Of a stretch of 64,000 nt of DNA, positions 37,715 through 49,229 are shown piece after piece. Where the stretch lies: NCBI GenBank assembly GCA_963710375.1, contig CAVPZX010000002.1:32001-96000 (forward strand). Direction: 5' to 3'. The notes beneath the pieces were generated by a model. The model searched no databases, was not told the DNA's origin, and saw nothing but the letters and a program-made list of their open reading frames with translations. The translations under genes and the position numbers were made by a program. This DNA comes from Nitrospirota bacterium (GTDB taxonomy: Bacteria > Nitrospirota > Thermodesulfovibrionia > Thermodesulfovibrionales > Dissulfurispiraceae). Numbering within the stretch: position 1 is the stretch's first letter; every line of letters starts with the position of its first letter.

Positions 37715-39838
37715 ATGGATGCATTGCTTGAGAGTAGCAGGAATGCCTTTAAAGAAGAAGCCTACGAACTTCTTTCAGAACTCGAAGAGTCGCTTCTTGA
37801 ACTGGAAGCAAAGCCTGATGACAGGGAACTAATCGGCCGCGTCTTCAGGGCTATGCATACCATAAAAGGCTCGGGATCCATGTTCGGCTTTGACAGGATC
37901 TCGCGTTTCACCCATGAAGTGGAGACCGTCTACGATCTGGTGCGCAACGAAAAGCTGACCGTTACCACGGAACTGGTAAATCTGACACTGGGCGCCCGCG
38001 ATATAATACGCGCCCTGCTCGATGCCTCTGACGATGACGATGCTGCCGGCATTAAACGTGCTGATGAAATAGTGGCCTCGCTCAGGAGGCTTGCCGGCTG
38101 TAATGCCGGAGAGCAGCAGGCATGCGTGAAGGTGACACCCCAAGCCAACGGGACCAGTGAGGAGGTCAAGAGACCCTCTGTCACCTATCGTATCAGGTTT
38201 AACCCTCCCTCCGATATTTTTCACAGGGGCATTGACCCTCAATGTCTGCTCGACGAACTCAAGGTGTTAGGAAAGTGCAGAATTGTTGCGCAGACCTGTT
38301 CAGTGCCATCCCTTAATGAGTTCGACCCCGAGTGCTGCTACACTTACTGGGACGCCATTCTCACTACAGACCAGGGGATTAATGCCATCAAGGATATCTT
38401 TGTCTTTGTAGAGAATGGCGCCGTTGATATAGTGGTCATCGATGACGAGGGCGAACTAGAGGGAGAGGATACTTATAAAAAGCTAGGAGAGATACTCATA
38501 GAACGAGGGGACCTTACTCCTGACGACCTGGAGAAAATACTGTCAGAGCAGAAAAAACTCGGGGAACTGCTTATAGAAAAAGGACTGATATCTCCCGATA
38601 AGATAGAATCCGCACTTCTCGAACAGAAGCATATGCTGGAGCAGAAGGAACAGCGCCATAAAACTGCGGAAGCCTCAAGCATACGCGTCGCTTCCGAGAA
38701 ATTGGATAATCTCGTCAACCTGGTAGGTGAGCTTGTTACGGTGCAGGCGCGTCTGACACAGACCGCCGCAGGACGAGAGGATTCGGCACTGTTGAGCATC
38801 GCCGAGGAAGTCGAACGTCTGACGAGTGAGCTTCGTGACAATACCATGAATATCAGGATGCTTCCGATCGGCACCACCTTCAGCAAATTCAAGCGGCTCG
38901 TCCGGGACCTGTCAAAAGAACTCGGCAAGGAAATAGACCTCGTCACAGAGGGGGCCGAGACGGAACTCGACAAAACTGTGATAGAGAAGCTCAATGACCC
39001 GCTTGTCCACCTTATCAGGAACAGCATAGACCACGGCATAGAGCCGCCGGATAGCAGAAAAGCAGCCGGGAAACCCGGAAAAGGAACGATCCATCTTTCG
39101 GCAATGCATTCGGGCGCCCATGTCCTTATACAGATACGGGATGATGGCGCTGGATTGGATAAAGACGCGATAAGGGCTAAGGCAGTTGAAAAAGGCCTCA
39201 TTCCCCCTGGCGCAGAACTGACGGAAAAAGAAATATTTGCACTGGTGCTCGCACCCGGATTTTCGACGGCAAAGGCAGTGACAAACGTATCGGGCCGTGG
39301 AGTAGGGATGGATGTGGTGAAGCAGGCAATCGATGCACTTAGAGGGACAATAGATATAAGCAGCCAAAAGGGCATAGGCACGACGATAACGCTGAAGCTG
39401 CCTTTGACCCTTGCCATAATCGACGGCCTGCTGGTCAGGATTGGAGAGGACCATTTTGTTTTACCGCTATCTGTTGTAAAAGAATGCGTGGAGTTGACAA
39501 AAGAAGATGCAGCCGAAGCACACCGAAGACATATAGCAAACGTTCGCGGCAGGATCATTCCGTACATTAAATTGAGAGAGCGGTTTGGAATAAACGGATC
39601 TGTGCCTGATATCGAGCAGATAGTGATTGCTGAAATCGGGGACAATAACATCGGCTTTATTGTAGATGCTGTCATAGGCGAACATCAGACAGTGATCAAA
39701 TCGCTGGGCACATTTTATAAAAATGTTGAAGGCGTGTCAGGCGCAACCATATTGGGGGATGGGACAGTGGCACTGATACTGGACGTATCAAAAATTGCGA
39801 TGCTGGTTGAAGCAGAAGAAAAGGCCTGCTTCAGCTAA
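37715..39838 (+). CDS. cheA: Chemotaxis histidine kinase CheA
   Basis: FRAMHTIKG HPt, HLIRNSIDHGIE, SGRGVGMDVV, C-terminal CheW domain. Confidence 0.97.
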   Translation: MDALLESSRNAFKEEAYELLSELEESLLELEAKPDDRELIGRVFRAMHTIKGSGSMFGFDRISRFTHEVETVYDLVRNEKLTVTTELVNLTLGARDIIRALLDASDDDDAAGIKRADEIVASLRRLAGCNAGEQQACVKVTPQANGTSEEVKRPSVTYRIRFNPPSDIFHRGIDPQCLLDELKVLGKCRIVAQTCSVPSLNEFDPECCYTYWDAILTTDQGINAIKDIFVFVENGAVDIVVIDDEGELEGEDTYKKLGEILIERGDLTPDDLEKILSEQKKLGELLIEKGLISPDKIESALLEQKHMLEQKEQRHKTAEASSIRVASEKLDNLVNLVGELVTVQARLTQTAAGREDSALLSIAEEVERLTSELRDNTMNIRMLPIGTTFSKFKRLVRDLSKELGKEIDLVTEGAETELDKTVIEKLNDPLVHLIRNSIDHGIEPPDSRKAAGKPGKGTIHLSAMHSGAHVLIQIRDDGAGLDKDAIRAKAVEKGLIPPGAELTEKEIFALVLAPGFSTAKAVTNVSGRGVGMDVVKQAIDALRGTIDISSQKGIGTTITLKLPLTLAIIDGLLVRIGEDHFVLPLSVVKECVELTKEDAAEAHRRHIANVRGRIIPYIKLRERFGINGSVPDIEQIVIAEIGDNNIGFIVDAVIGEHQTVIKSLGTFYKNVEGVSGATILGDGTVALILDVSKIAMLVEAEEKACFS

Positions 39839-39867
39839 AAAGGCCATAGCGTCAAAAGGGGGAAATC

Positions 39868-42501
39868 ATGAAATGGTTTAACAATTTAAGAGTAGGCACA
39901 AAGCTTGGTTGTGGGTTTGGGGTAGTGCTGGTACTAATGTCCATTCTGGTACTTTTCGGTATCAACAGCATGGGTCAGATACAGGATCAGCTTGAACGCA
40001 TCGTAAAAATCAATAACGCGCGCATGGGATACTCCAATGATATGGCCGGCAGAGTGCGCGAGGTATCCATAGCCATCCGTAATATGCTTCTGGTAAAGGA
40101 TATCGAAAAGAGGCAGGACCAAATAAAAAATATATTCGACGACAGAACAAAATATGACGAAGCATTCAAAAAAATCCAGCAAATGACGCTGCAAGACGAC
40201 GCAAAAGAACATGAAGCAATAGCAGGGGTCAAAGCCGCCGAGGAAACTGCAATGTCCTTGAACAATAACATGATCCTGCTCATCACGGAAGATAAAAATG
40301 CAGAGGCAATAGATCTTATGAACAATGAAGTTCGTCCAGCAGTGCGCAAATGGATCGAGGCGGTTGACCAGTTGACAACCAATCAGAAGAGCCGTAATGA
40401 AGAACGCTATGAAGGATCGGCAAGGGCATATAACAGGGCACGCATATTCATGTTCTCCCTTGCCGGCATTGCTATTGCGCTGGCTGCATTGACAGCTGTG
40501 TTTTTGACCCGCGGCATAGTAAGGCCGCTGAATGAAGGTGTAAATATAGCAAACCGATTATCGGTTGGCGACCTTGCAATGGACATTGAAGTAAAGAGCA
40601 AAGATGAAACAGGACAGTTGATGTTCGCCATGAAATCGATGGTGGACAATATAAAAGAATCTGCATTAAATGCAGAGAAGATCGCGGCAGGCGACCTTTC
40701 AATAGATGTAAATGAAAAATCGGAAAAAGATGTGTTGTCGAAAAGCATGAAAAATGTTGTCGGGACCCTGCGTAGCCTTATTGGAGAGGCCGGGCTGCTG
40801 ACAAAGGCGGCAGTGGAAGGCAAATTATCTGCAAGGGGGGATGAAGATAAGTTCAAAGGAGGGTATAAAGAGATAATTGGAGGAGTTAACAGGACTATCG
40901 ACACCCTTGTGGGTCATATAGACTCATTGCCTATTCCGGTGATGATAATCAACAGGGAGTTCTCAATTCAGTACATGAATCAGATAGGCGCTCAGATCCT
41001 CGGCAGGACCCAGAAACAGATGGCCGGCGAGTATTGCTTCAACCATTTTAAGACCTCTGACTGCAAGACAGACAATTGTGCCTGCGGACAGGCTATGAGA
41101 AACGTGACAGGGGCAACGAGAGAGACCGATGCTCATCCGGTTGGGTTGGACCTTGATATACAATACACGGCGACACCGGTGAAAGACCTGGATGGCAATG
41201 TCGTAGGGGCGCTTGAGGTTGTAGTTGACCAGACCACTGCAAAAAATGCTGCCAGGGTGATGCAAAAAATAGCAGATTATCAGATTGCCGAAACAGAAAA
41301 ACTGAAAGACGGTCTCAGCAAGATGGCCCTGGGAGATCTGTTGATCAAATTGAAAGTGGCAGAGGGTGATGCCGATACAGCAGTGTCGCGCAAGTCGTTT
41401 GAAGAGATATCCGATGCCGTTAACCAGTGCGTTGATGCAATGATCGGAATTTCAGGGATTGCAAAGGAGCTTTCCGAAGGCAATCTCGGGATTCAAGTCA
41501 AAGAGCGGTCTGACAGGGACGAGCTCATGCGGGCATTGGCTAATATGGTTAAAAAGCTTACCGACATTGTGACTGAAGTAAAGGCGGCCTCTGACAACGT
41601 GGCCGCGGGCAGCCAGGAGTTAAGCGCCAGCGCCGAGCAGCTTTCACAGGGTTCTACAGAACAGGCTTCATCGATTGAAGAAGTGTCTTCGTCAATGGAA
41701 CAGATGGTCTCAAACATCAGGCAGAACGCTGACAATGCTCATCAGACCGACAAAATAGCTGTCAAATCCTCCGGAGATGCCAAGGAAGGCGGGAAAGCCG
41801 TCTCAGATACGGTCACCGCAATGAAACAGATCGCGGACAAGATCTCTATAATCGAAGAGATTGCAAGGCAGACGAATCTGCTTGCCCTTAATGCGGCTAT
41901 CGAAGCTGCACGTGCAGGAGAGCACGGCAAAGGGTTTGCCGTGGTTGCATCAGAGGTAAGAAAGCTGGCCGAAAGGAGCCAGAACGCTGCCGCGGAAATA
42001 AGCCAGTTGTCATCCAGCAGTGTGCAGATAGCCGAGAAGGCAGGTGACATGCTCGGCAAGCTTGTGCCTGACATTCAGAAGACGGCAGAGTTGGTGCAGG
42101 AGATAAGCGCGGCCAGCAACGAGCAGAACTCCGGAGCAGAGCAGATAAACAGGGCCGTACAGCAGTTGGACCAGGTAATACAACAGAACGCAGGAGCTTC
42201 CGAAGAAATGGCTTCCACATCAGAGGAGCTTTCCTCGCAGGCCGAGCAACTGCAGCATGCGATATCCTTCTTCAGAGTTAACGGTAACGGCGCCTCGGCG
42301 GAAAAGGCAGTACGAAAGACAGTGAAGGCCGTTGTCAAAACGAATGTCTCACATATGAGTGATCAAAAGACGAGTGCACCTGAGCTGGTTATGACCGGCA
42401 GGCAGCCGGGCAAAGCAAAAGGCATTGCTCTTGATATGGGCCATGGAAACGGACATGGAAACGGATCGGACAAGCTCGATGACGAGTTTGAAAGATTTTA
42501 A
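39868..42501 (+). CDS. Methyl-accepting chemotaxis protein (4HB sensor, poly-HAMP, PAS)
   Basis: Two TMs around a helical periplasmic domain, HAMP repeats, Cys-rich PAS, signalling domain, C-terminal EFERF pentapeptide. Confidence 0.95.
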   Translation: MKWFNNLRVGTKLGCGFGVVLVLMSILVLFGINSMGQIQDQLERIVKINNARMGYSNDMAGRVREVSIAIRNMLLVKDIEKRQDQIKNIFDDRTKYDEAFKKIQQMTLQDDAKEHEAIAGVKAAEETAMSLNNNMILLITEDKNAEAIDLMNNEVRPAVRKWIEAVDQLTTNQKSRNEERYEGSARAYNRARIFMFSLAGIAIALAALTAVFLTRGIVRPLNEGVNIANRLSVGDLAMDIEVKSKDETGQLMFAMKSMVDNIKESALNAEKIAAGDLSIDVNEKSEKDVLSKSMKNVVGTLRSLIGEAGLLTKAAVEGKLSARGDEDKFKGGYKEIIGGVNRTIDTLVGHIDSLPIPVMIINREFSIQYMNQIGAQILGRTQKQMAGEYCFNHFKTSDCKTDNCACGQAMRNVTGATRETDAHPVGLDLDIQYTATPVKDLDGNVVGALEVVVDQTTAKNAARVMQKIADYQIAETEKLKDGLSKMALGDLLIKLKVAEGDADTAVSRKSFEEISDAVNQCVDAMIGISGIAKELSEGNLGIQVKERSDRDELMRALANMVKKLTDIVTEVKAASDNVAAGSQELSASAEQLSQGSTEQASSIEEVSSSMEQMVSNIRQNADNAHQTDKIAVKSSGDAKEGGKAVSDTVTAMKQIADKISIIEEIARQTNLLALNAAIEAARAGEHGKGFAVVASEVRKLAERSQNAAAEISQLSSSSVQIAEKAGDMLGKLVPDIQKTAELVQEISAASNEQNSGAEQINRAVQQLDQVIQQNAGASEEMASTSEELSSQAEQLQHAISFFRVNGNGASAEKAVRKTVKAVVKTNVSHMSDQKTSAPELVMTGRQPGKAKGIALDMGHGNGHGNGSDKLDDEFERF

Positions 42502-42513
42502 CAGGAGGCGATC

Positions 42514-42996
42514 ATGAGCATGACAGAAATAGCAGAAGCTACACAGTATCTGACTTTCAAGCTCGACGAAGAGATATTTGCGCTTGATGTTGCAAAAGTA
42601 AGGGAGATACTAGATTTTACCGATATAACAAAGGTGCCGCAGACACCTGACTTTATGAGGGGAGTAATAAACCTCAGGGGTAGTGTTGTTCCCGTTGTTG
42701 ATATGCGTTTGAAATTCGGGATGTCAAAGACCGAGAAGACTGTCAATACCTGCATCGTCGTGGCCGAAGTGACCACTGAAGGGGAAACAACGGTGCTGGG
42801 AGCGCTTGCGGATTCGGTCCAGGAGGTGATAGAGCTTGAGCCTGCCCAGATAGAGCCGGCCCCCAGGATAGGGACAAAACTGAGGACCGATTTTATTAGG
42901 GGCATGGGCAAGCATGATGGGAGATTCATCATGATACTCGATATAGACAAGGTTTTTTCCTACGATGAAATAACATTGGTCCAGGAAGTTGGATGA
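42514..42996 (+). CDS. cheW: Chemotaxis adaptor CheW
   Basis: QYLTF, VREI, GVINLRGSVVPVVD. Confidence 0.95.
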   Translation: MSMTEIAEATQYLTFKLDEEIFALDVAKVREILDFTDITKVPQTPDFMRGVINLRGSVVPVVDMRLKFGMSKTEKTVNTCIVVAEVTTEGETTVLGALADSVQEVIELEPAQIEPAPRIGTKLRTDFIRGMGKHDGRFIMILDIDKVFSYDEITLVQEVG

Positions 42997-43007
42997 GGTG
43001 GAGGCAT

Positions 43008-43040
43008 CCCCGCAAGATCTCCGGATTTTGCGGGGTTTAA
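43008..43040 (+). terminator. Intra-operon hairpin/weak terminator between cheW and cheR
   Basis: CCCCGCAAGATC-TCCG-GATTTTGCGGGG followed by TTTAACTT. Confidence 0.5.
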
Positions 43041-43052
43041 CTTGGTACGGTT

Positions 43053-43919
43053 ATGGACACGGAAGTAGACAGCAGTATAAAAGTTGCGACTATGAGCGAC
43101 AAGGATTTCAGCCGCCTGGGTGAATTCATACATGACTCTTGCGGTATAAAGATAACCCCTGCCAAAAAGGTGATGCTCGAATCCCGCCTCGCAAAGAGGC
43201 TGAAGCATCTCGGCATGAGTTCTTTCAGGGATTACTTTGATTATCTCTTCAGTCCTAAGGGCTTGCAGAACGAACTGGTACATATGATCGATGTGGTAAC
43301 AACAAACAAGACCGATTTTTTCAGGGAGCCGGCGCATTTCAGTTATTTGGCCGGCAACGCGGCGCCGGAACTTATGAGTCTTTATGGAGCAGGAACCAGG
43401 CGTACTCTCAATATCTGGAGCGCAGGATGTTCTACAGGGGAAGAACCTTATACCATAGCAATGGTGCTTAACGAACTGAATGAAAAATATCATGGGTTCA
43501 GGTATGAGGTCCTGGCCACCGATATTTCAACAAAGGTGCTTGATATTGCAAAACTCGGTATTTACAGCGAAGACAAAGTGGGGCCCGTTCCGGACTCTCT
43601 GAAAAGAAGGAATGTCATGAGAGGTAAAGGCTCTCGCCAGGGAATGATAAGGATAGCGCCTGAATTGAGGGAAAGGGTGAAATTCCGGAGACTAAATTTC
43701 ATGGAGGGAGATTTTGGGATGCGCGAACTTGTTGACATCATCTTTTGCAGAAACGTGATCATTTACTTTGACAGGATGACGCAGGAGAAATTGCTGAAAC
43801 GATTTTGCAATCATCTGGTACCTGGCGGATATGTCTTTATGGGGCACTCCGAGACACTCCAGGGGATGGATTTGCCTCTTGTTCCGGTTGCCCCTACAGT
43901 TTACAGAAAAAAGACATGA
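43053..43919 (+). CDS. cheR: Chemotaxis methyltransferase CheR
   Basis: TTNKTDFFRE, IWSAGCSTGEEPY, IFCRNVIIYF, GHSE. Confidence 0.96.
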   Translation: MDTEVDSSIKVATMSDKDFSRLGEFIHDSCGIKITPAKKVMLESRLAKRLKHLGMSSFRDYFDYLFSPKGLQNELVHMIDVVTTNKTDFFREPAHFSYLAGNAAPELMSLYGAGTRRTLNIWSAGCSTGEEPYTIAMVLNELNEKYHGFRYEVLATDISTKVLDIAKLGIYSEDKVGPVPDSLKRRNVMRGKGSRQGMIRIAPELRERVKFRRLNFMEGDFGMRELVDIIFCRNVIIYFDRMTQEKLLKRFCNHLVPGGYVFMGHSETLQGMDLPLVPVAPTVYRKKT

Positions 43920-44433
43920 ATACTTCGAGGAGCGCATTGTCGGATATATATTTGAAACCCGGAGAAATGTTTATCTCGGACAAACCTGTCTCGGTATCGA
44001 CAGTGCTCGGCTCGTGCATATCAGTAACATTTTTCAGCCCGCGTCTCAAGGTGGGGGCCATATGCCACAGTTTGCTTCCCATGTGCAAAAAAGAAAACCC
44101 CTGTGATGGAACTTGCGATGAGGGATTCAGGTATGTTGCATGCTCGATCAATCGCATGCGTAAGACCTTTAGTTCGTTGGGGATACTGGATTCGGAAATT
44201 GAGGTAAAGGTTTTCGGCGGCGCCGACATGATAGAATCCGGCTTTAAAAAGTGCAACACTGAAACTGTAGGGATGATGAACACAAAAATAGCCCTCAGCA
44301 CAATAAACAACCACAACTTAAAACTTAAGGCTTCTGATACCGGGGGAACGCGCGGCCGTAAGATAATATTCTTCAGTCATACCGGAGAGGTTTTTTTAAA
44401 AAAAATCAGAAAAAATGAGGTGGAGCCACCGAT

Positions 44434-44437
<4 letters not shown>
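43916..44437 (+). CDS. cheD: Chemoreceptor glutamine deamidase CheD
   Basis: [33 protein letters not shown] overlap with cheR. Confidence 0.93.
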
Positions 44438-45499
<1,062 letters not shown>

Positions 45500-45504
45500 G
45501 GTGC

Positions 45505-45636
45505 TTAATTAAAAATATTCATTTTTCCCATCGACATTGTAATTAATCCATCTCCATGCTGTCTAACATTACTCGGAAATCCCAATAAATCAAAAAGATA
45601 ATACATTGTCTCGCCTGGCATAGCCCTTGCAAAGCT
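45505..45636 (+). promoter_or_regulatory. Sigma54 promoter module, copy 2 (TGGCATA-N4-TTGCA at 45616-45631)
   Basis: Diverged direct repeat of 33317-33449. Confidence 0.7.
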
Positions 45637-45715
45637 AACGGAGTAATTAACAGGGGGAAACAGCATATATGCTAACGCTTTCCTGAACTTGACACTTATC
45701 CTTTTTGGGGAAAAG

Positions 45716-48266
45716 ATGATTTTTGTATCAGCTCTATCTGTTTTGCTTCAATTTATAGCTGCATACCTGTCTATAAGGATGATCCGCATTACCGGTAAAC
45801 GCAGGGCATGGATACTTATTGCTGCGGCAATTACTATTGCAGCTCTCAGGCGGAGCTATGCCTTGTTCAGGTTAATAACTGCAAATACAGGTAATCCGCC
45901 AGATACTACAGGAGAATTGTTCTCTTTTTTGACTTCAGTGTGCATGGTAATCGGCGTGGCATATATTGCGCCGCTTTTTTTGTCAATAAAACGCTCCGAA
46001 GAAAGCCTGCGCAAATCCGAGACCAAATTTCGTATTGTTTCTGATAATACGTATGACTGGGAATACTGGCTTAGTCCGGAAGGGAGTTTTTATTACATAT
46101 CTCCGTCCTGCCAACGCATTTCAGGTTATGAAGCTGCCGAGTTCATAGCGGAACCCGACATGCTCGTACGCATTGTCCACCCGGATGACCGGGAAAGTTA
46201 TGAGAATCACCAGAGACATGTCGAGGAGAAAAAGGCGCCGGATGAGATAGAGTTCCGTATCGTCCGCGCGGATGGCACTGTACGCTGGATAGGCCACGTC
46301 TGCCAGCCTGTTTTTGATAGTCAAGGCAACTGCATGGGTATTCGAGCCAGCAACCGCGACATCACCGAGCGCAAGGATGCAGAAGAAAAAATGTTAAAAG
46401 AAAAGAATTTCTCTGATACAGTGATAAACTCTTTGCCCGGTACGTTTTATCTTTTCGATGAAAAAGGCAAGTTTCTTAAGTGGAACAAGAATCTTGAGGT
46501 GGTTACAGAATATCCTGCGGAAGAAATAAACCGGATGACACCGGCAGATTTTTTTGATGAAAATGACAGGCCCCTTATTAAAGACAAGATAAAGGAAGTT
46601 TTTGTCAACGGCTGGGCCGAAATGGAAGCTAAGTTCGTTTCTCAAAGTGGTAAGAAGATTCCCTATTATTTTACCGGCACATGCCTGAAAGTTGGAGAGC
46701 AGTCATGTGTTGCCGGAACCGGATTTGATATTACAGGGCGTATTGAAGCAGAAGATAAAACTAAACAAACTCACGCTGAACTGGACCAGATATTCAACAG
46801 CGCCGCAGACGGCATGCGGGTGCTGGATTTGGATTGTAACCCTCTAAAATTAAACAGGACCTTTCTGAATATGCTCAACATAGATAAAGAAGAGGCCATG
46901 GGCAGAAAGTGCTATGAGATGTTTCCGTGTCCGCGAAGAAAAAAGGCGAACTGTTCCATTTTGCGGGTTCTGAAAGGCGAAAAACTTTTTGAGGAAGAGA
47001 TCATTATAAATAGGAGTGACGGAACAAAAATATTCTGTATTTTGCACGTTACGCCTTTTTACGGCCCTGATGGGTCTTTGGCAGGCATTATTGAAGACTT
47101 CAAGGATATCACAGAGAGAAAGAAGCTCGAACTCCAACTGATTCAGTCGCAGAAATTGGAGGCTCTGGGAAGGCTTGCCGGCGGTATAGCTCATGACTTC
47201 AACAATCTGTTGACTCCCATTATCGGCTATAGCGATCTTTTATTGACCGAACTTCCTGATAACATTTTTGCTACGGACAAGCTCAGGGTCGTTAGAGATG
47301 CTGGTAGCCAGGCGGCTGATTTGGTGAAACACCTTTTGGCCTTCGGCCGAAAGCAGGTGCTCGAAATGAAGCCGGTCAACCTGAATGAAATTGTTTTAAA
47401 TATGAGCAGGTTATTTGAGAGAACTATAGGCAAGGACATAGAATTGGAACTGAATATTAAGAAACCTGTCGAGAATGTATCTGCTGATGCAGGGCAAATA
47501 GGGCAGGTATTAATGAATCTCGCTTTAAACGCCCGCGGCGCCATGCCGTATGGCGGGCGGCTGACAATCGAGACTTCTGATGTATATCTTGATAAGACAT
47601 ATGAGGCGATGCATAGCCAGTCTGGTAAAGCCAGGAGAATATGTGATGCTGTCGGTAGCTGACAGTGGCATAGGAATGAGCCGCGAAGTTCAGGAGAAGA
47701 TCTTTGAGCCTTTCTTTACAACCAAGAAAGCAGGAGAAGGCACAGGGCTTGGTTTATCAACCACCTATGGCATTATAAGACAGCACAACGGATATATATG
47801 GGTATATAGCGAGCCTGATAGGGGAACAATATTCAAGGTCTACCTGCCTGCAATAAAGGAAAAGGCGGGAGAGACAAAAAACCATGAGCAACCAACAATA
47901 GTTGGTGGAACAGAAACAATACTTGTGGTCGATGATGAACCCACGGTCAGAGAGTTTGTCGTCGATGTACTTCGGCATTTGGGGTATAAGGTACTGGAGG
48001 CGTCATGCGCAAAAGACGCATTAAAAATATGCGGGCATAATCAGGGTAAGATAGACATTTTATTAACAGACCTTGTTATGCCTGGGATGAATGGGCAGGA
48101 GTTTGCAGCTATATTTAAAGAGAAAAGTCCTGAGTCAAAGGTTATTTTGATGTCCGGCTATTCGGAGACAGTCATTTCCAATTCCGACATACCTGCTTCA
48201 TTTATACAAAAACCTATTGTAGTGGAGAAACTGACGGGCAAAATAAGGGAAGCATTAGTCGGATAA
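45716..48266 (+). pseudogene. Membrane multi-PAS hybrid histidine kinase (CckA-like), split by a +1 frameshift at ~47615
   Basis: TM region, three PAS, AGGIAHDFNNLL H-box in the first ORF; VKPGEYVMLSVADSG, FFTTK, GTGLGL and REC in the second; removing one base after ATGCAT fuses the frames. Confidence 0.85.
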
Positions 48267-48300
48267 CAAAAAAGCTGATTAAGCTTCGAAGGAAAATAAA

Positions 48301-48492
48301 ATGAATGTTCTGATCGAGGGTGAGCAGCTGAGAAAGGCTGTTAAATGGATATCGGATGAGCGTCTCGATAATCCTGAAGCCGGCCTGTTCAAGCTGCTTA
48401 AAGACGCCTGTTTGAAGTTTGACTTACATCCGTAAGACGCGGAGTTTCTGATATATTCCCTTACTAAAGCAAGTTTGGAAAAATCAGAGTAG
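48301..48492 (+). pseudogene. Small hypothetical protein with internal nonsense codon
   Basis: MNVLIEGEQLRKAVKWISDERLDNPEAGLFKLLKDACLKFDLHP*DAEFLIYSLTKASLEKSE; TAA at 48433-48435 interrupts a protein-like frame. Confidence 0.6.
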
Positions 48493-48599
48493 TTTCGGGC
48501 AGGCCGCATTTAAAAACGATTCCTATTTGAGTATTCAACATTTCTTCCTCTAAGCGGCTGTTGAAATGATTAGTGAGAATGTGTAGGATACAAAGTACT

Positions 48600-48871
48600 A
48601 TGATCGAATACTCCCTGAAAGCTAAAACAAAAAAAACAGTGATGAATTGCGCCCCGAATACAATTTTGATTATTCAAAAGCTGTTCGTGGCAAGTATTAC
48701 AAACGTCTTTTAGAGGAAGGTTCTAATGTTGTCATGCTTGAGCCTGATGTGGCCAAGGCATTTGCCGATTCTGCAGCAGTAAATGCTGCATTGAGATCTT
48801 TACTGGATTTGACAAAAACTACACAGCGCCTTACAAAACAAGCCAGCGGACGGGCAATTGCCCGCCGTTAA
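48600..48871 (+). pseudogene. BrnA-like antitoxin, orphan, probably frameshifted in the A8 tract at 48629-48636
   Basis: DELRPEYNFDYSKAVRGKY...VMLEPDVAKAFADSAAVNAALR; ATG 48600 is out of frame by one base; no toxin ORF upstream. Confidence 0.6.
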
Positions 48872-48886
48872 GTTTGATCGTTGAGT
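48828..48886 (+). mobile_element. Degenerate integron attC-like site (59 bp)
   Basis: GCCTTAC (R'', one mismatch to RYYYAAC) ... CAGCGGACGGGC-AATT-GCCCGCCGTTAAG ... GTTGAGT (GTTRRRY), overlapping the antitoxin 3' end. Confidence 0.6.
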
Positions 48887-49229
48887 CTTCGTTAAGGCTG
48901 CATAAAAAGTCCCTATAGGTTAAAGCATAATCGAGCGTAGTCCCGTGTGGTCGAGCGCGGTGGTTGGCAAGCGAATAAGAATGAAAAAAATCCTTGCACT
49001 AGATTCCCTGCTGTCTTGCCGCAGGGAAGATCAATTGAAATTACTTAAGCAATTATTAAAACTATTTTAATCATGATGTGAAATTATTCCTCATGGCCGA
49101 TTATAGCTATCGGTAATCCTTGTATTCAGCATATGTGTAATCGCACTGTCGAACTGATGGTGACGGGCAGTTTCGGTCTGTCTATTGTTCAAAGGTCAAG
49201 TAGACCCAACTACTTCACAACTGTGCTTA

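Noticed and set aside
38473..39675. 400-aa minus-strand ORF and other long antisense ORFs (e.g. 8316-9011, 55113-55850)
   Set aside because: They are shadows of well-supported genes on the opposite strand, with no motifs or SD
48433..48435. Recoded stop (Sec/Pyl) in the small ORF
   Set aside because: The codon is TAA, not TGA or TAG
48895..49029. AGGCTGCATAAAAAGTCC and TTCCCTGC...GCAGGGAA hairpin as IS ends
   Set aside because: Reminiscent of IS termini, but no partner IR, target duplication or transposase was found
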